In this document: piece after piece, positions 37,482 through 49,175 of the stretch
Numbering within the stretch: position 1 is the first letter of the stretch
Layout: every line of letters starts with the position of its first letter
From: Mobula hypostoma
Taxonomy: Eukaryota
Assembly: GCF_963921235.1 (NCBI RefSeq)
Contig: NC_086097.1
Location: 4,588,001-4,652,000, forward strand
DNA length: 64,000 bases
Direction of reading: 5' to 3'
The notes under the pieces: model-generated
Told to the model about the DNA's origin: nothing
Databases searched by the model: none
Seen by the model: only the letters and a program-made list of their open reading frames with translations
Program-made: the position numbers and the translations under genes

Positions 37482-38246
37482 CACTGGACATTTTTTTTTA
37501 TAAAGTGCTGCTTACTCAAGATTTTTTTTGTGCTTATGATAGACTGCTTGAAACTGAAAACAAATATAATTTCAGACAACTTGCATTACGTGGAATTTGG
37601 AGAAACAAGAAATTAACATTCATTGAATATGATGCATTTAATTGCATATCACCGCTGATGCTTTGTAATAGTTCAACTAAGCTAAAAATGTTTTGTTGAT
37701 GATTTTCATTTGAACTTGGTGTTTAAGCTTTCTTGCTTATGTGTCCAACAATAATCAGCCAGTATTGATGGATTCCTGCTGCCCAGATACCATTTCTCCA
37801 TGACTTCAATATCTTGGTGAAACCTTTCACCATGCCCATCTCTGACAGTACCACAATTTGCAGTGAAGTCTAAACGGGAATGCAGAAAATTAATCTTTAG
37901 TGACATGATGCACTTCATTGTTTTGTATACTTGAGACACGTTGCTAACCAGCTGCACATAGTTTAGTGCTATGTAGTTTCCAAGAAAAATTTCAGCAACA
38001 TCCTTGAATGTCTTCCATGCAATATTCTCCATCCCACTAGAAGCACTTCGAATTGCCTGTCACTGTTGACGTGTTTGATTTGTGGACCAACAAAAATGGC
38101 GTCCATAAGCTTGGAATTATTCTGACCTGAATTATGAATTGAAATAAAAAGCATGGGCAAATAAAAAAAAATTCTGTGATCAGCAGTCCAAACTCCATCA
38201 AATACACCGGAAGGTATTCAGGAAGCAAAATCTTTGCTGTCCAGTG
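37482..38246 (-). mobile_element. Internally deleted Chapaev3-like (CMC) DNA transposon
   Basis: TIRs CACTGGACA/TGTCCAGTG; 3-bp TSD TTA/CTA; IFVGPQIK and MSLKINFLHSRLDF...HGERFHQDIEVMEK...ADYCWT transposase C-terminus. Confidence 0.72.
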
Positions 38247-40206
38247 CTACTGACTTCAGAAGGAGGAAACTGGAGGTCTATGAGCCAGTCCTCTCATTGG
38301 GGGAGTCAGAGGTGTACAGGGTTAAAAATCCCACATATGTAATGAAATTTGTTTTTTTTGTGCCAGCTGTATAAAATCACTACAGTACTGTGCTAGTCTT
38401 AGGCATCCTAGCTAAATATACGTGCCTAAATTCCTTAGCATTATCATCAGAGAATCTGAGTCCAGCATGCAAGTGCCATGACAGCACCTCTACTTTCTTA
38501 GGAGTTTTCGAAGATTCAGCACGTCATCTAAAACTTTGACAAACTTTTATAGATGTGTGGTGTTGAGTATATTGACTGATTGCGTCACAGCCTGGTATGG
38601 AAGCACTAATACCCTTAAATGTAAAATCCTACAAAAGGTAATGGATATGGCCTGGTCCATCACAGTAAAAGCCCTCCCAACCATCGAGCACATCTTCATG
38701 AAACGCTGTCGCAGGAAAGCAGCTCTTTCCAAGACCATGGTCTTTTCTCACTGCTGCCATCAGGAAGAAGGTACAGCAACCTCAGGACTCACCCAGCAGG
38801 TTCAGGAACAGTTACTACCCTTCAGCCATTATGCCCTTGAACCAGTGGGGATAACTTCACTCGCCCCATTGTTGAAATGTTTCCACAACCTCTGGACTCA
38901 TGTTCAAAAACTTTTCATCTTATGTTCTCAGTATTCATTTTTACTAATTTACTATTATTACTTCTTCTTTTGCATTTATTTATTTTTCCATTAACACAGT
39001 TCGTTGTCTTCTGCACTCTGGTTGATCTTTTGTATTTACTTGCATACATATTTACTGTAAATGCCCACAGGAAAACGAATCTCAGGGTTCTATATAGTGA
39101 CATATACCTATACTTTGATTATAAATTTACTTTGATAACTATCACTTTAAAGCTAGTGTGGATCAACATTGTATGGTCAAAAAATACTAACTACTTATGA
39201 TGCTCATGGTCAGTTTGTCCCCCTCCCATAAGGGAGGAGGCTATGTAGCATCCACACCAAGACCACTAGACTCAAACACAGTTACGTTCCCAAAGCAGTA
39301 AGGCTGATCAGCACCTCTACCGATTAACCCACCCCTCCACACTCCCCAACCATCACTACTTTATCATTTCCTGTCAGACACTCCTGTGCCTAGCATCACT
39401 TTATGGATATAACATCAATGTATGGATATAAGCTGCCTTATGTATTTATATTTATCGTGTTTTTTATTATTATTCTGTTCTTTACCTTAGTATGTATTTT
39501 TTGTGCGGATCCAGAATAACAATTACTTCATTCTCCTTTACACTGATGCATTGGAAGTGACATAAAACAATGTTGAATCTTGATCTCAGATTGAATTATT
39601 AACAATTCTACCCTTCCCTTCTGTCCGGTCAGCAGAAAGTCCAATCTTAACATCACAACCAAGGATAAAATATATAATCAGATAACCACCAAACCTGCAA
39701 CTTTTGTCACAGGAGTTAGATAAAATCATTTTTATTGACTCAAGAAATAAATACTTAAAAAAAGTTAGGAAAATTTTATTTATTTGGAGAATGGTAAGCT
39801 AATGCTTGCATTAGAAAAACAATGAATCTGGTTTAGAGAAAGACTCAGATCAGAAAGAAACCCAAAGATTATTCTGTAACATAAACAAGTCAACTAAATA
39901 TTCCTGACGGGTTTCCTGTAACAATTCAGTAGAAGTAACAATAACAGCACAAATTAATTAATCAGTTAAAATACAAAAACAATTGTCAGTGCTTCATAAA
40001 ATAATACCATACAGGGACACAAAAGATGTGAGTGAAATCTGGGTTAGAGGCAGCGTTTAAGAAGCGAAAAAGCTAAAAATCAGCAGAGCAGAGATATTTA
40101 GGGAAGGAGTTCCAGAGCTCTGGGATTGCAGGATTACAAGGCTGAGTAACATTACAGAGAAGGGAAGGAATGAGGTCAAGCTCATCTCTAAACATGAAGT
40201 GAACTA

Positions 40207-40692
40207 TCAGGGGTGATTGATAATTTCGTGGCCCAAGGTAGGAGGAGTCAATTTTAGAAAACCTAGCACATTTATTTTTCCCACATTTGCACACTTAGTC
40301 CAGCAGTCGTGGAGGATACGGATCCCTTCTTTGTAGAAGTCAGCGTCTTGGACCTCCAGTAAGTGGTCCACAGCAGGGGTGATTGATCAGTTCGTAGCCT
40401 AAGGTAGAAGGAGATGAGGAGAAACTTCAAACTTTCTGCATTTTCACTCAGAGAGCTGAAATGCACATGCATGTGACCAGCGCTGTATAACTCATCTCCT
40501 TCTACTTTAGGCCACGAACTTATCAATCACCCCTGCTGTGGACCACTTCTACAAAGAAGGGATCCGTATGCTCCACGACCGCTGGACTAAGTGTGTACAT
40601 GTAAGAGGGGACTATGTTGAAAAATAAATGTGCTAGGTTTTCTAAAATTGTCTCCTTTTACCTGAGGCCACAAATTTATCAATCACCCCTCG
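40207..40692. mobile_element. Mariner-derived fold-back MITE with an inner pair of TIRs
   Basis: TA|tcaggggtgattgataa...ttatcaatcacccctcg; right arm encodes KEGIRMLHDRWTKCVHVRGDYVEK*; inner TIRs at about 40374 and 40535. Confidence 0.85.
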
Positions 40693-40830
40693 TTAAGTTG
40701 TCTACAGTTTAATTTTTATGTTTTATTTATTTAGCGAACAGCATGGAACAGGCTCTTCCAGCCTAATGAGCTGCTTCAACCAGCAACACACCTATTTAGC
40801 CCTAGTCTAATTATAGGATATCCTACAATA

Positions 40831-41155
40831 CTATGGTCTCCAACCTCCGGGCCGCGGACTGATACATTGCCACGAAGAATGCAGTGGTGCAGCGGTAGTC
40901 AGAACGCACCCAGTACATCTTTTAAGTAAAAAGCTGAAGTAAACAAGTTAATTAATTAGGTGCCACCTGGCACGTAAATGTCAGCCCAGATCAGAGATGA
41001 CACAATTGGCAATCGTCTCTGATCTGGGCTGATATTTACGTGCCGGGTGGCACCTAATTAATTAGCTTGTTTATTTCGGCATTTTTCTTAAAGATGTGCT
41101 GGGTGCGTCCTGACTACCGCTGCATTCTTTGTGGCCCGGAGGTTGGGGACCACTG
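40831..41155. mobile_element. hAT (Charlie-like) palindromic MITE inserted in a V-SINE
   Basis: Termini ctatggtctccaacc and ggttggggaccactg; 8-bp TSD CTACAATA/CTACAACA; long internal inverted repeat. Confidence 0.88.
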
Positions 41156-42430
41156 CTACAACAGACAGTGAGAGGAAACGACAGCAGCTTGAGGAAACCC
41201 ACGTATTCACAGGGAGGGTGTACACACTCCTTACAGACGGCATCGGCATTAAACTCTGAAATCCAATGTTACGAGGTGTAATAGCGTCACGCTAACCACT
41301 ACGCTACCATGGCGCCCCCGATGTTTAGAGAAGGTAGAACATGTCAGGCAGCTGGGCGGAAGACTGGGTGCAGTAATCGATGGATGGTTAGTGAGTGTAT
41401 GCACGGGGGCAGGACTGCAATTATGCAACATTACAAAGGGTAGAAAAAGAACCTTAGGAATGACGTCAATACTGTATCTAGTCCAATGTTTATCAGAGGT
41501 TCAAATTTCATTGTAAGGTTTCAAACAGTCAGGGTCAGCCTCGGTCAGTTGTCGTGGAAACAGATGAGCTTCATGAGACTGATATCAGATGACGAATCAC
41601 TATATAGGACGGAGAATGAAAATCTGGCCAATGGTGCCACAACGCTAACATCTTACTCAGTATCAGCAAGTCCAAACAGCTGATCACTGGAACTGTTCCC
41701 ATAACCTATGAATTCACTTTCAAGGACTCTTCATCTCATGCTCTTGATATTTAATATTTATCATTATTCCATTTATTTTCTTTCTTTTTGCATTTGCACA
41801 ATTGGTTGTCTTTTACGCACTGGTTGTTTGCCTGTTGGTGCAGTCTTTCCATTATGGTTACTGGATTTATTGAGAGTGCCCACAATAAACTGAGTCTCAT
41901 ATGCACTATGTACTTTGGGAATAAATTTACTTTGAACTTTAAGTATTCTTGTTCAAAAAAAAAGGATTAGTAGTCAGAATGCTTTGGCCCTTCTGGTACA
42001 TACAAACGTTTGTACTTTTCTTAAGGAAATTTCCTAATATTCAGTAGACATTGATAAACAACCTGGCTATTGTAGTTAAGGAGACAGGTGGTTTACCTTC
42101 CTCATACTCACACAATACCTTTCACCTTGTTGTATTTCATTCTGGGTACAAGGGAGAACAGGTGTGTGTGTTATATACTGAAATTAAAACATTTGGTTGA
42201 AATGCAATGTCATAAGTTGTTTCCGATTAGGCTGAAGCAGCAAGTCTTGTGCCTAGTACCACAGCAATGGCACTTGAAAGGAAATCAGAGGGTGAAGAAG
42301 AAGCCACCACCAGTGTCTAAATACACAAAAGTGGGAAGATGTACTCTTATTCTTTCTGAGGCACTTTTGGACTGCAAACATGGCAATACACCATTGTGCT
42401 TGAGACACACGGGAATGGATTCACTTGGGT

Positions 42431-42574
42431 TTAACCAGCTTGTACGTGAAAATTATCAAACTGAGCCAATTCGAAGCTCCACGTTCCAATAGCAGCCCAG
42501 CCGTTGCGAGGTTGACCTATATAGACACCCTTCCACAGTGGGTAGCCATTCAAGAATCCACTTGCTAAGTCATC
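42431..42574 (-). CDS. GALC: GALC terminal coding exon (equivalent to human exon 17)
   Basis: cccacttag|GAT...[53 protein letters not shown], matching human [19 protein letters not shown]. Confidence 0.95.
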   Translation of the reverse strand, partial: DDLASGFLNGYPLWKGVYIGQPRNGWAAIGTWSFELAQFDNFHVQAG

Positions 42575-42744
42575 CTAAGTGGGAATGAAATTAAAATGAA
42601 TAAATTGCTTCTTCAAAGTAGTTCACAGCAACCTAATTAACTATCAATAATATTTTGACTCTTCATAAAGCATATTAAAATCAATATGTATAGCAAATTT
42701 ATAACCAGAGCGAAATGCCTCAAGTATTTATTTTTGTTTAATCT

Positions 42745-43430
42745 AGAAGGGGGAAGATGCCAGATTAAGGTGAGGGGAGGAGAAAGAGGACAAGCTAGAA
42801 GGTGATAGATGAAGCCAGATGGGTGGTGGATGAAGTAAGAAGCTAGGAGGTGATAGGTGGAAAAGGTAAAGGGCTGTAGAAGGAGGAGTCTGATAGGATA
42901 GGAGAGGAGAAGAGGTAAGAGGCCAGAGTGGAGAATGGGAGAAAAGTGAAGATGGAGGGAAAAAGATTACCGGAAGGAAAAACCAATGTTCATGCCAGCT
43001 ACCCAGACTGAATATGAGGTGTTGCTCCTATAAACTGAAGGTGGCCTCATCCTGGCACAAGAGGAGGCTGTGAATTGACATGTCGGAACAGGAATGGGAA
43101 TTAAAATGGTTGGCCACTGAGTTCTGCTTTTGGTAGATAGAGATGAGGTGTTCAATGAAGTTGTCCCCCATTTTACGTCAAGTATCAAAACGTATCGGGA
43201 GCATTGGATCCAACAGATTTGGTGAAGTGTTGCCTCACCTGGAAGATGGAGGAAGTTGCTCAGAATAATGAGTTGGATACAGAGCCTCAGGGGGTGGTAG
43301 GCAGGGACAGGAGGAACTCTATCACTGTTAAGGCAGAGGGAAGGTGGTGTGAGGGCGGATGTCTGGGAAATGGAGGAGGTGCGGCTGAGGGCAGCAGCAA
43401 TGGTAGAGGAAGGGAAACCCCATTCTTTGC
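42745..43430 (-). mobile_element. Degenerate Penelope-like fragment in GALC intron 16
   Basis: GFPSSTIAAALSR...DRVPPVPAYHP; homologous to 48090-49175. Confidence 0.8.
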
Positions 43431-44925
43431 AGAGCCAGAGTTTGAAAAATTCTTGGAAGATGAACAATGTCTGTGATCTGAAGAGAATAACAAGGGGAAA
43501 GGCAGCAGCAAACACTCATTTCCACCAACAAACCCAAATAAAGATTTTAGATATACGTTATTAAAGGAAATTATATCACAAATAAAGCAAGATAAATTTA
43601 TTTAACACTCCCTCTTTCACTTTCTGCAAATAAGGGAGTCACCGACGATGAAAGTGCAGCAGAATTCAACAAGCCAGAAGTGACACACAGGTGATAGGAT
43701 TTATGGAAAACATGCACAATCATAGGCTGATGAAAGTTAGTACATTGGACAAGCGACTGCAAGTTAATTTGGCCCTGTGCAACATCCCTTATAATGCCCC
43801 TAATGGTGGAAATTTATCAGCCTTACAGGTGAGTCTACACCCACCCAGTTCATTGGTGATAATGTCCCTGATGGTGGAGATTTATCAGCCTCACAGTGAA
43901 TGATCTCTGAAGTGACCTAGAGAACAGCTCAGCTGTAGGCTGCCTGCCTCTACAAGGCCAAGAGTGCTGGCCTTGCCACTGATACACAGTTCTGAAAAGT
44001 GATTACAATGATAACGACTTGACGTATCCTTTGCAACTATAACCCGGTACAATCATTGGGTATATTTAGAACATAGAAGAGTACAGCACAGGGAGCAGAC
44101 CATTCAGCCTAACTGTGGCAAACCAGCCGAAAAGCAAATCAAAATCATCCAGACACTAATCCCTCCTACCTACACCATGTCCACATCCCTCCATCTTCCT
44201 CACACCCATATTTGGAGCAGATTCAATGGGCCAGACAGCTAAATTCTGCTGCTATGTCTTACGGTCTTGTGGTATCAGATCATACTATTTTAGTTAATAA
44301 GTAGAGAAGTAACTGTTAGAGCTTATCGTATCTATTGATTGAGATGCAAATCAGAAACTAGCATTCTAGGCTACCTCCTCCTCCGAGATCAGAATCCCAA
44401 GCACACTGCTGAAGGTCAGATTCTGCAGATATGATTGGGCATTTTTCCCATTCATTGTTTATTTTATTTTGTTTAGAGATGCAGTGTGGAATAGGCCCCT
44501 CCGGCCCAACAAGTCCCGCCATCCATCAACCCACCTCTTTAACCCTACCCTAATCACCGGACAGTTTACTGTGACCAGTTAACTTACTGACTGGTCTGGC
44601 TTTGGGCTGTGGGACAGAACAGGAGCACCTGGAGGAAACGCACACGCTCACGGGAAGGATGTACCAACTTTGTTACAGAAGACGCTGGAACAGAACTCCG
44701 AAGCCCCGAGCTGTAATGGTATTGTGTTAACTGCTACACTGCCACGGTGTCTTCACGAGTAGCTAAAAGAATTTTGTAAGTCATCAAAATACCAGTGACA
44801 CTAGACTCTGAGTATTCTCCTGGGTTCCCATTTAGCTTGAAAAACAATTAAAATTTTCAATTATGTAATTGACATAAAACAACAGAAAGGGCAAACCATT
44901 TGAACATCAAGGACGGGACGCATAC

Positions 44926-45002
44926 CTGAATCCTGAGAGTGAGAGTGTGCCATTTTCCTGCCCGTGTTCCGGATTTGCCTGAATCCAACACAATGTTCCC
45001 AG
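44926..45002 (-). CDS. GALC: GALC exon (equivalent to human exon 16), 77 bp
   Basis: cctcttgcag|CT GGG...CAG|gtatgc; (P)GNIVLDSGKSGTRAGKWHTLTLRIQ, with KWHTLTL matching human KWYTLTL; phase 1-0. Confidence 0.92.
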
Positions 45003-45550
45003 CTGCAAGAGGAAAATCATTCATTCATGTCCAGCAATTACCAGCAGCACATCTATCGCTGTGCTCTTCCGAGAAATCGGACTTCCAGTTTATATTAGAG
45101 AAAAAAAAACAATGCCCTCAGAAATATCTTGAGAATGGGGATGATATTCAAAATGGAGCGCCACTTTCCTTCTTCTAGACTCCTGTACTGCCTATCGATT
45201 ATTGAAAAGCCGAGAGAGAATGGATGTGGAGAGGATGCTTCCTATAGTGAGGGAATCCAAGTCCGGAGGGCACAGGCTCACAATACAAGGAAGTCCATTT
45301 AGAACAGAGATGAGGAGGAATTTTCTATCCAGAGAATGGTAGATCTGTGGAATTCATCGCCATACGTGGCTGTGAAGGCCAAGTCAGAGTATACTTAAAG
45401 CAGCAGTTGATAGTTTCTTGATTAGACAGGCTGTCAAAGGTTACGGGGAGAAGGCAGAAGAATGGGGTTGAGAGGGATAATAAATCATGCATGATTAATG
45501 GCAGAGCAGACTTGATGGGCCAAATGGCCTAATTCTGCTCTTATATCTTA

Positions 45551-45901
45551 TTCTTTTTTTGGCGTGTGCCTGCGTGCGGGCATCCATGATGATGTCTTTT
45601 TCATGGCTTTTTTTTAACAAGACGCATAACGAGAGAGAGAGAGAGAGAGAGCGCGAGAGCAAGAGAGAGAGCGAGAGAGAGAGAGAGAGAGCGCGAGAGC
45701 GAGAGAGAGAAAGAGAGAGAGACCACTCCTCACACAGACGTTTCGCAGTAATGTCCCTTTATTTTACGAGGTTGAGTTGCGATCTCGACACTCAACCCGG
45801 CATGGATGGAAAACGTACTCGGGAGCGGCCCTGACTGGTTTCGAACCCGGGAACCTCTGCTCCCGGGTCCAGTGCCGATGTCGTTACACCACCAGCCGGC
45901 C
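45551..45901 (-). mobile_element. tRNA-derived SINE with an internal (GA)n microsatellite (45631-45722), inserted in the tail of a CR1 3' fragment (45215-45550)
   Basis: Minus strand gccggctggtggtgtaacg (A box) and GGTTCGAAACC (B box); flanks atatctta/atgtctta. Confidence 0.75.
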
Positions 45902-46024
45902 ATGTCTTACGGTCATATAGTATTCATGGCACGTTTTAAAGTAATTTTACTGCCATGAGTTTGTCAGTGAATTATTAATGATTATGTAATAATCATTATT
46001 AATTTTTATGTAATAATTTGTAAT

Positions 46025-48020
46025 TCAATACTTTGTTGCCATTAATTGGAGTAAGGGGAAATATGAGGCTATCATGCAGGAACTTGGAAGCATAAATTGG
46101 GAACAGATGTTCTCAGAGAAACGTATGGAAGCAATGTGGCAAATGTTTAGGGGATATTTGCGTGGAGTTCTGTATAGGTACATTCCAATGAGACGGAAAG
46201 GATGATAGGGTACAGGAACCGTGGTGTACAAAGGCTGTTGTAAATCTAGTCAAGAAGAACAGCTTACGAAAGGTTCAAAAAAAAACTCGGTAATGATAGA
46301 GATCTACAAGATTATAAAACTAGCAGTAAGGAGCTTAAGAATGAAATTAGGAGAGCCAGAAGGGGCCATGAGAAGACGTTGGCAGACAGGGTTAAGGAAA
46401 ACCCCAAGGCACTCTACAAGTATGTGAAGAGCAAGAGGATAAGACGTGAGAGAATGGTTGCTTCAGTATTCACTATGGAAAAGGATCTTGGCGATTATAG
46501 GGATGACTTGCAGCAGACTGAAAAGCTTGAGCATGTAGATATTAAGAAAGAAGATGTGCAGGAGTTTTTGGAAAGCATCAAGTTGGATAAGTCACCGGGA
46601 CCGAACGAGATGTACCCCAGGCTACCGTGAGAGGCAAGGGAGGAGATTGCTGAGACTCTGGCGATGATCTTTGCATTATCAATGGGGACGGGAGAGCTTC
46701 CAGAGGATTAGAGGGTTACAGATGTTGTTCCCTTATTCAAGAAAGGGAGTAGAGATAGCCCAGGAAATTATAAACCAGTGACTCTTACCTCAGTGGTTGG
46801 TAAGTTGATGGAGAAGATCCTGAGAGGCAGGATTTATGAACATTTGGAGAGGCATAAAATGATTAGGAATAGTCAGCATGACTTTGTCAAAGGCAGGTCG
46901 TGCCTTACGAGCCTGATTGAATTTTTTGAGAATGTGACTAAACATATTGATGAAGGTAGAGCAGTAGATGTAGTGTATATGGATTTCAGCAAGGCATTTG
47001 ATAAGGTACCCCATGCAAGGCTTATTGAGAAAGTAAGGAGGCATGGGATCCAAGGGGACATTGCTTTGTGGATCCAGAACTGGCTTGCCCACAGAATGCA
47101 AAGAGTGGTTGTAGACAGGTCATATTCTGCATGGAGGTCGGTGACCAGTGGTGTGCTTCAGTGATCTGTCTTGGAACCCTTACTCATTGTGATTTTTATA
47201 AATGACCTGGATGAGGAAGTGGAGGGATGGGTTAGTAAATTTGCTGATGACACAATAGTTGGAAGTGTTGTGGATAGTGTGGAGGGCTGTCAGAGGTTAC
47301 AGCGGGACATCGATCGGCTGAGAAGAGGCAGATGAAGTTCAACACAGATAAGTGTGAAGCGGTTCATTTTGGTAGGTCAAATATGATTGCAGAATGTATC
47401 ATTAATGGTAAGACTCTTGGCAGCTTGGAGGATCAGAGGGATCTTGGGGTCCGAGTCCATAGGACACTCAAAGCTGTTGCACAGGTTGACTCTGTGGTTA
47501 AGGTGGCAATGACATTCAATCATGGGATTGAGCTTAGGAGCCTAGAGGTAATGTTGCAGCTATACAAGACCCTGGTCAAACCCCACTTGGAGTACTGTGC
47601 TCAGTTCTGGTCGCCTCACTACAGGAAGGATGTGGAAACCATAGAAAGGGTGCAGAAGAGATTTACAAGGATGTTGCCTGGATTGGGGAGCTTGCCTTAT
47701 GAGAATAGGTTGATTGAACGCGGCCTTTTCTCCTTGGAGCGGTGGGGGCTGAGAGGTGACCTGATAGAGGTGTATAAGATGATGAGAGACATTGATCATG
47801 TGGATAGTCAAAGGCTTTTTCCCAGGGCTGAAATGGCTAGCACAACAGGGCACAATTTTAAGAGACTCCTTTAAGAGACTCCTGGATAGGTACATGGAGT
47901 TTAGAAAAATAGAGGGTTATGGGTAATCCTGGGTAATTTCTGAGGTAAGGACATGTTCGGCACAGCTTTGTGGGCCGAAGGGCCTGTATTGTGCTGTAGG
48001 TTTTCAGAGTTCTATGTTTC
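46025..48020 (+). mobile_element. CR1 LINE of about 2 kb, disrupted ORF2, in GALC intron 15
   Basis: KSPGPNEMYPR, GRSCLTSLIEFF, DFSKAFDKVPH, KFADDT, LEYCAQFWSPHY. Confidence 0.93.
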
Positions 48021-48089
48021 TATCATCCATCTGTATTGGCCAAAATGAAAATTTCACCACGCAAACAACAGGAAGTTGATAGTGGAGGA

Positions 48090-49175
48090 AGGGAAGCCCC
48101 TTTTTTAAAGAAAGGGGCTTCCCTTCCTCCACCATCAGCTCTGCTCTCAAACGCATCTCCCCCATTTCACCCACATCTGCTCTCACTCCATCCTCCCGCC
48201 ACCCCACTAGGAATAGGGTTCCCCTGGTCCTCACCTACCACCCCACCAGCCTCCGGGTCCAACATATTATTCTCTGTAACTTCCGCCACCTCCAACGAGA
48301 TCCCAGCACTAAGCACATCTTTCCCTCCCCCACTCTCTCTGCATTCCACAGGGATCGCTCCCTACACAACTCCCTTGTCCATTCGTCCCCCCCATCCCTC
48401 CCCACTGATCTCCCGCCCGGCACTTATCCGTGTAAGCGGAACAAGTGCTACACATGCCCTTACACTTCCTCCCTTACCACCATTCAGGGCCCCAGACAGT
48501 CCTTCCAGGTGAGGCGACACTTCACCTGTGAGTCGGCTGGGGTGATATACTGCGTCCGGTGCTCCCGATGTGGCCTTCTATATATTGGCGAGACCCGACG
48601 CAGACTGGGAGATCGTTTTGCTGAACATCAACGCTCTGTCCACCAGAGATAGCAGGATCTCCCAGCGGCCACACATTTTAATTCCACATCCCATTCCCAT
48701 TCCGACATGTCTATCCACGGCCTCCTCTACTGTAAAGATGAAGCCACACTCAGGTTGGAGGAACAACACCTTATATTCCGTCTGGGTAGCCTCCAACCTG
48801 ATGGCATGAACATCGACTTTTCTAACTTCCTCAAATGCCCCACCTCCCCCTCGTACCCCATCCATTATTTATTTTTATACACACATTCTTTCTCTCTCTC
48901 TCCTTTTTGTCCCTCTGACTATACCCCTTGCCCATCCTCTTGGTTCCCCCCCCTTGTCTTTCTCCCCGGACCTCCTGTCCCATGATCCTCTCATATACCT
49001 TTTGCCTGTCTTCTCCTATCATTTTGGATCTCCCCCTCCCACTTTCAAATCTCTTACTAGCTCTTCCTTCAGTTAGTCCTGACGAAGGGTCTCGGCCCGA
49101 AACGTCGACTGTACCTCTTCCTACAGATGCTGCCTGGCCTGCTGCGTTCACCAGCAACTTTGATGTGTGTTGCTT
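48090..49175 (+). mobile_element. Penelope-like element 3' part: linker, GIY-YIG endonuclease and pLTR
   Basis: FFKERGFPSS...RVPLVLTYHP...PCKRNKCYTC...VIYCVRCSRCGLLYIGETRRRLGDRFAEH...EQHLIFRLGSLQPDGMN. Confidence 0.92.
49075..49110 (+). ncRNA. Minimal type I hammerhead ribozyme motif in a Penelope pLTR
   Basis: AGTC-CTGACGA-A-GGG-TCTCGG-CCC-GAAA-CG-TC-GACT: stem I AGTC/GACT, CUGANGA and GAAA cores, GUC triplet, palindromic ACGT in place of stem III. Confidence 0.75.

Larger units (their letters stand above)
36167..39140 (+). mobile_element. Rex1/Babar element interrupted by a solo LTR, a Chapaev3-like element and a MITE fragment
   Basis: [28 protein letters not shown]; the reading resumes after each insertion (KNKELI-TDFRR; TNFYRCVV..ILTDCVTAWYG). 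Confidence 0.8.

Noticed and set aside
45559..45834. ORF with poly-ER tract
   Set aside because: Translation of a (GA)n microsatellite inside a SINE.
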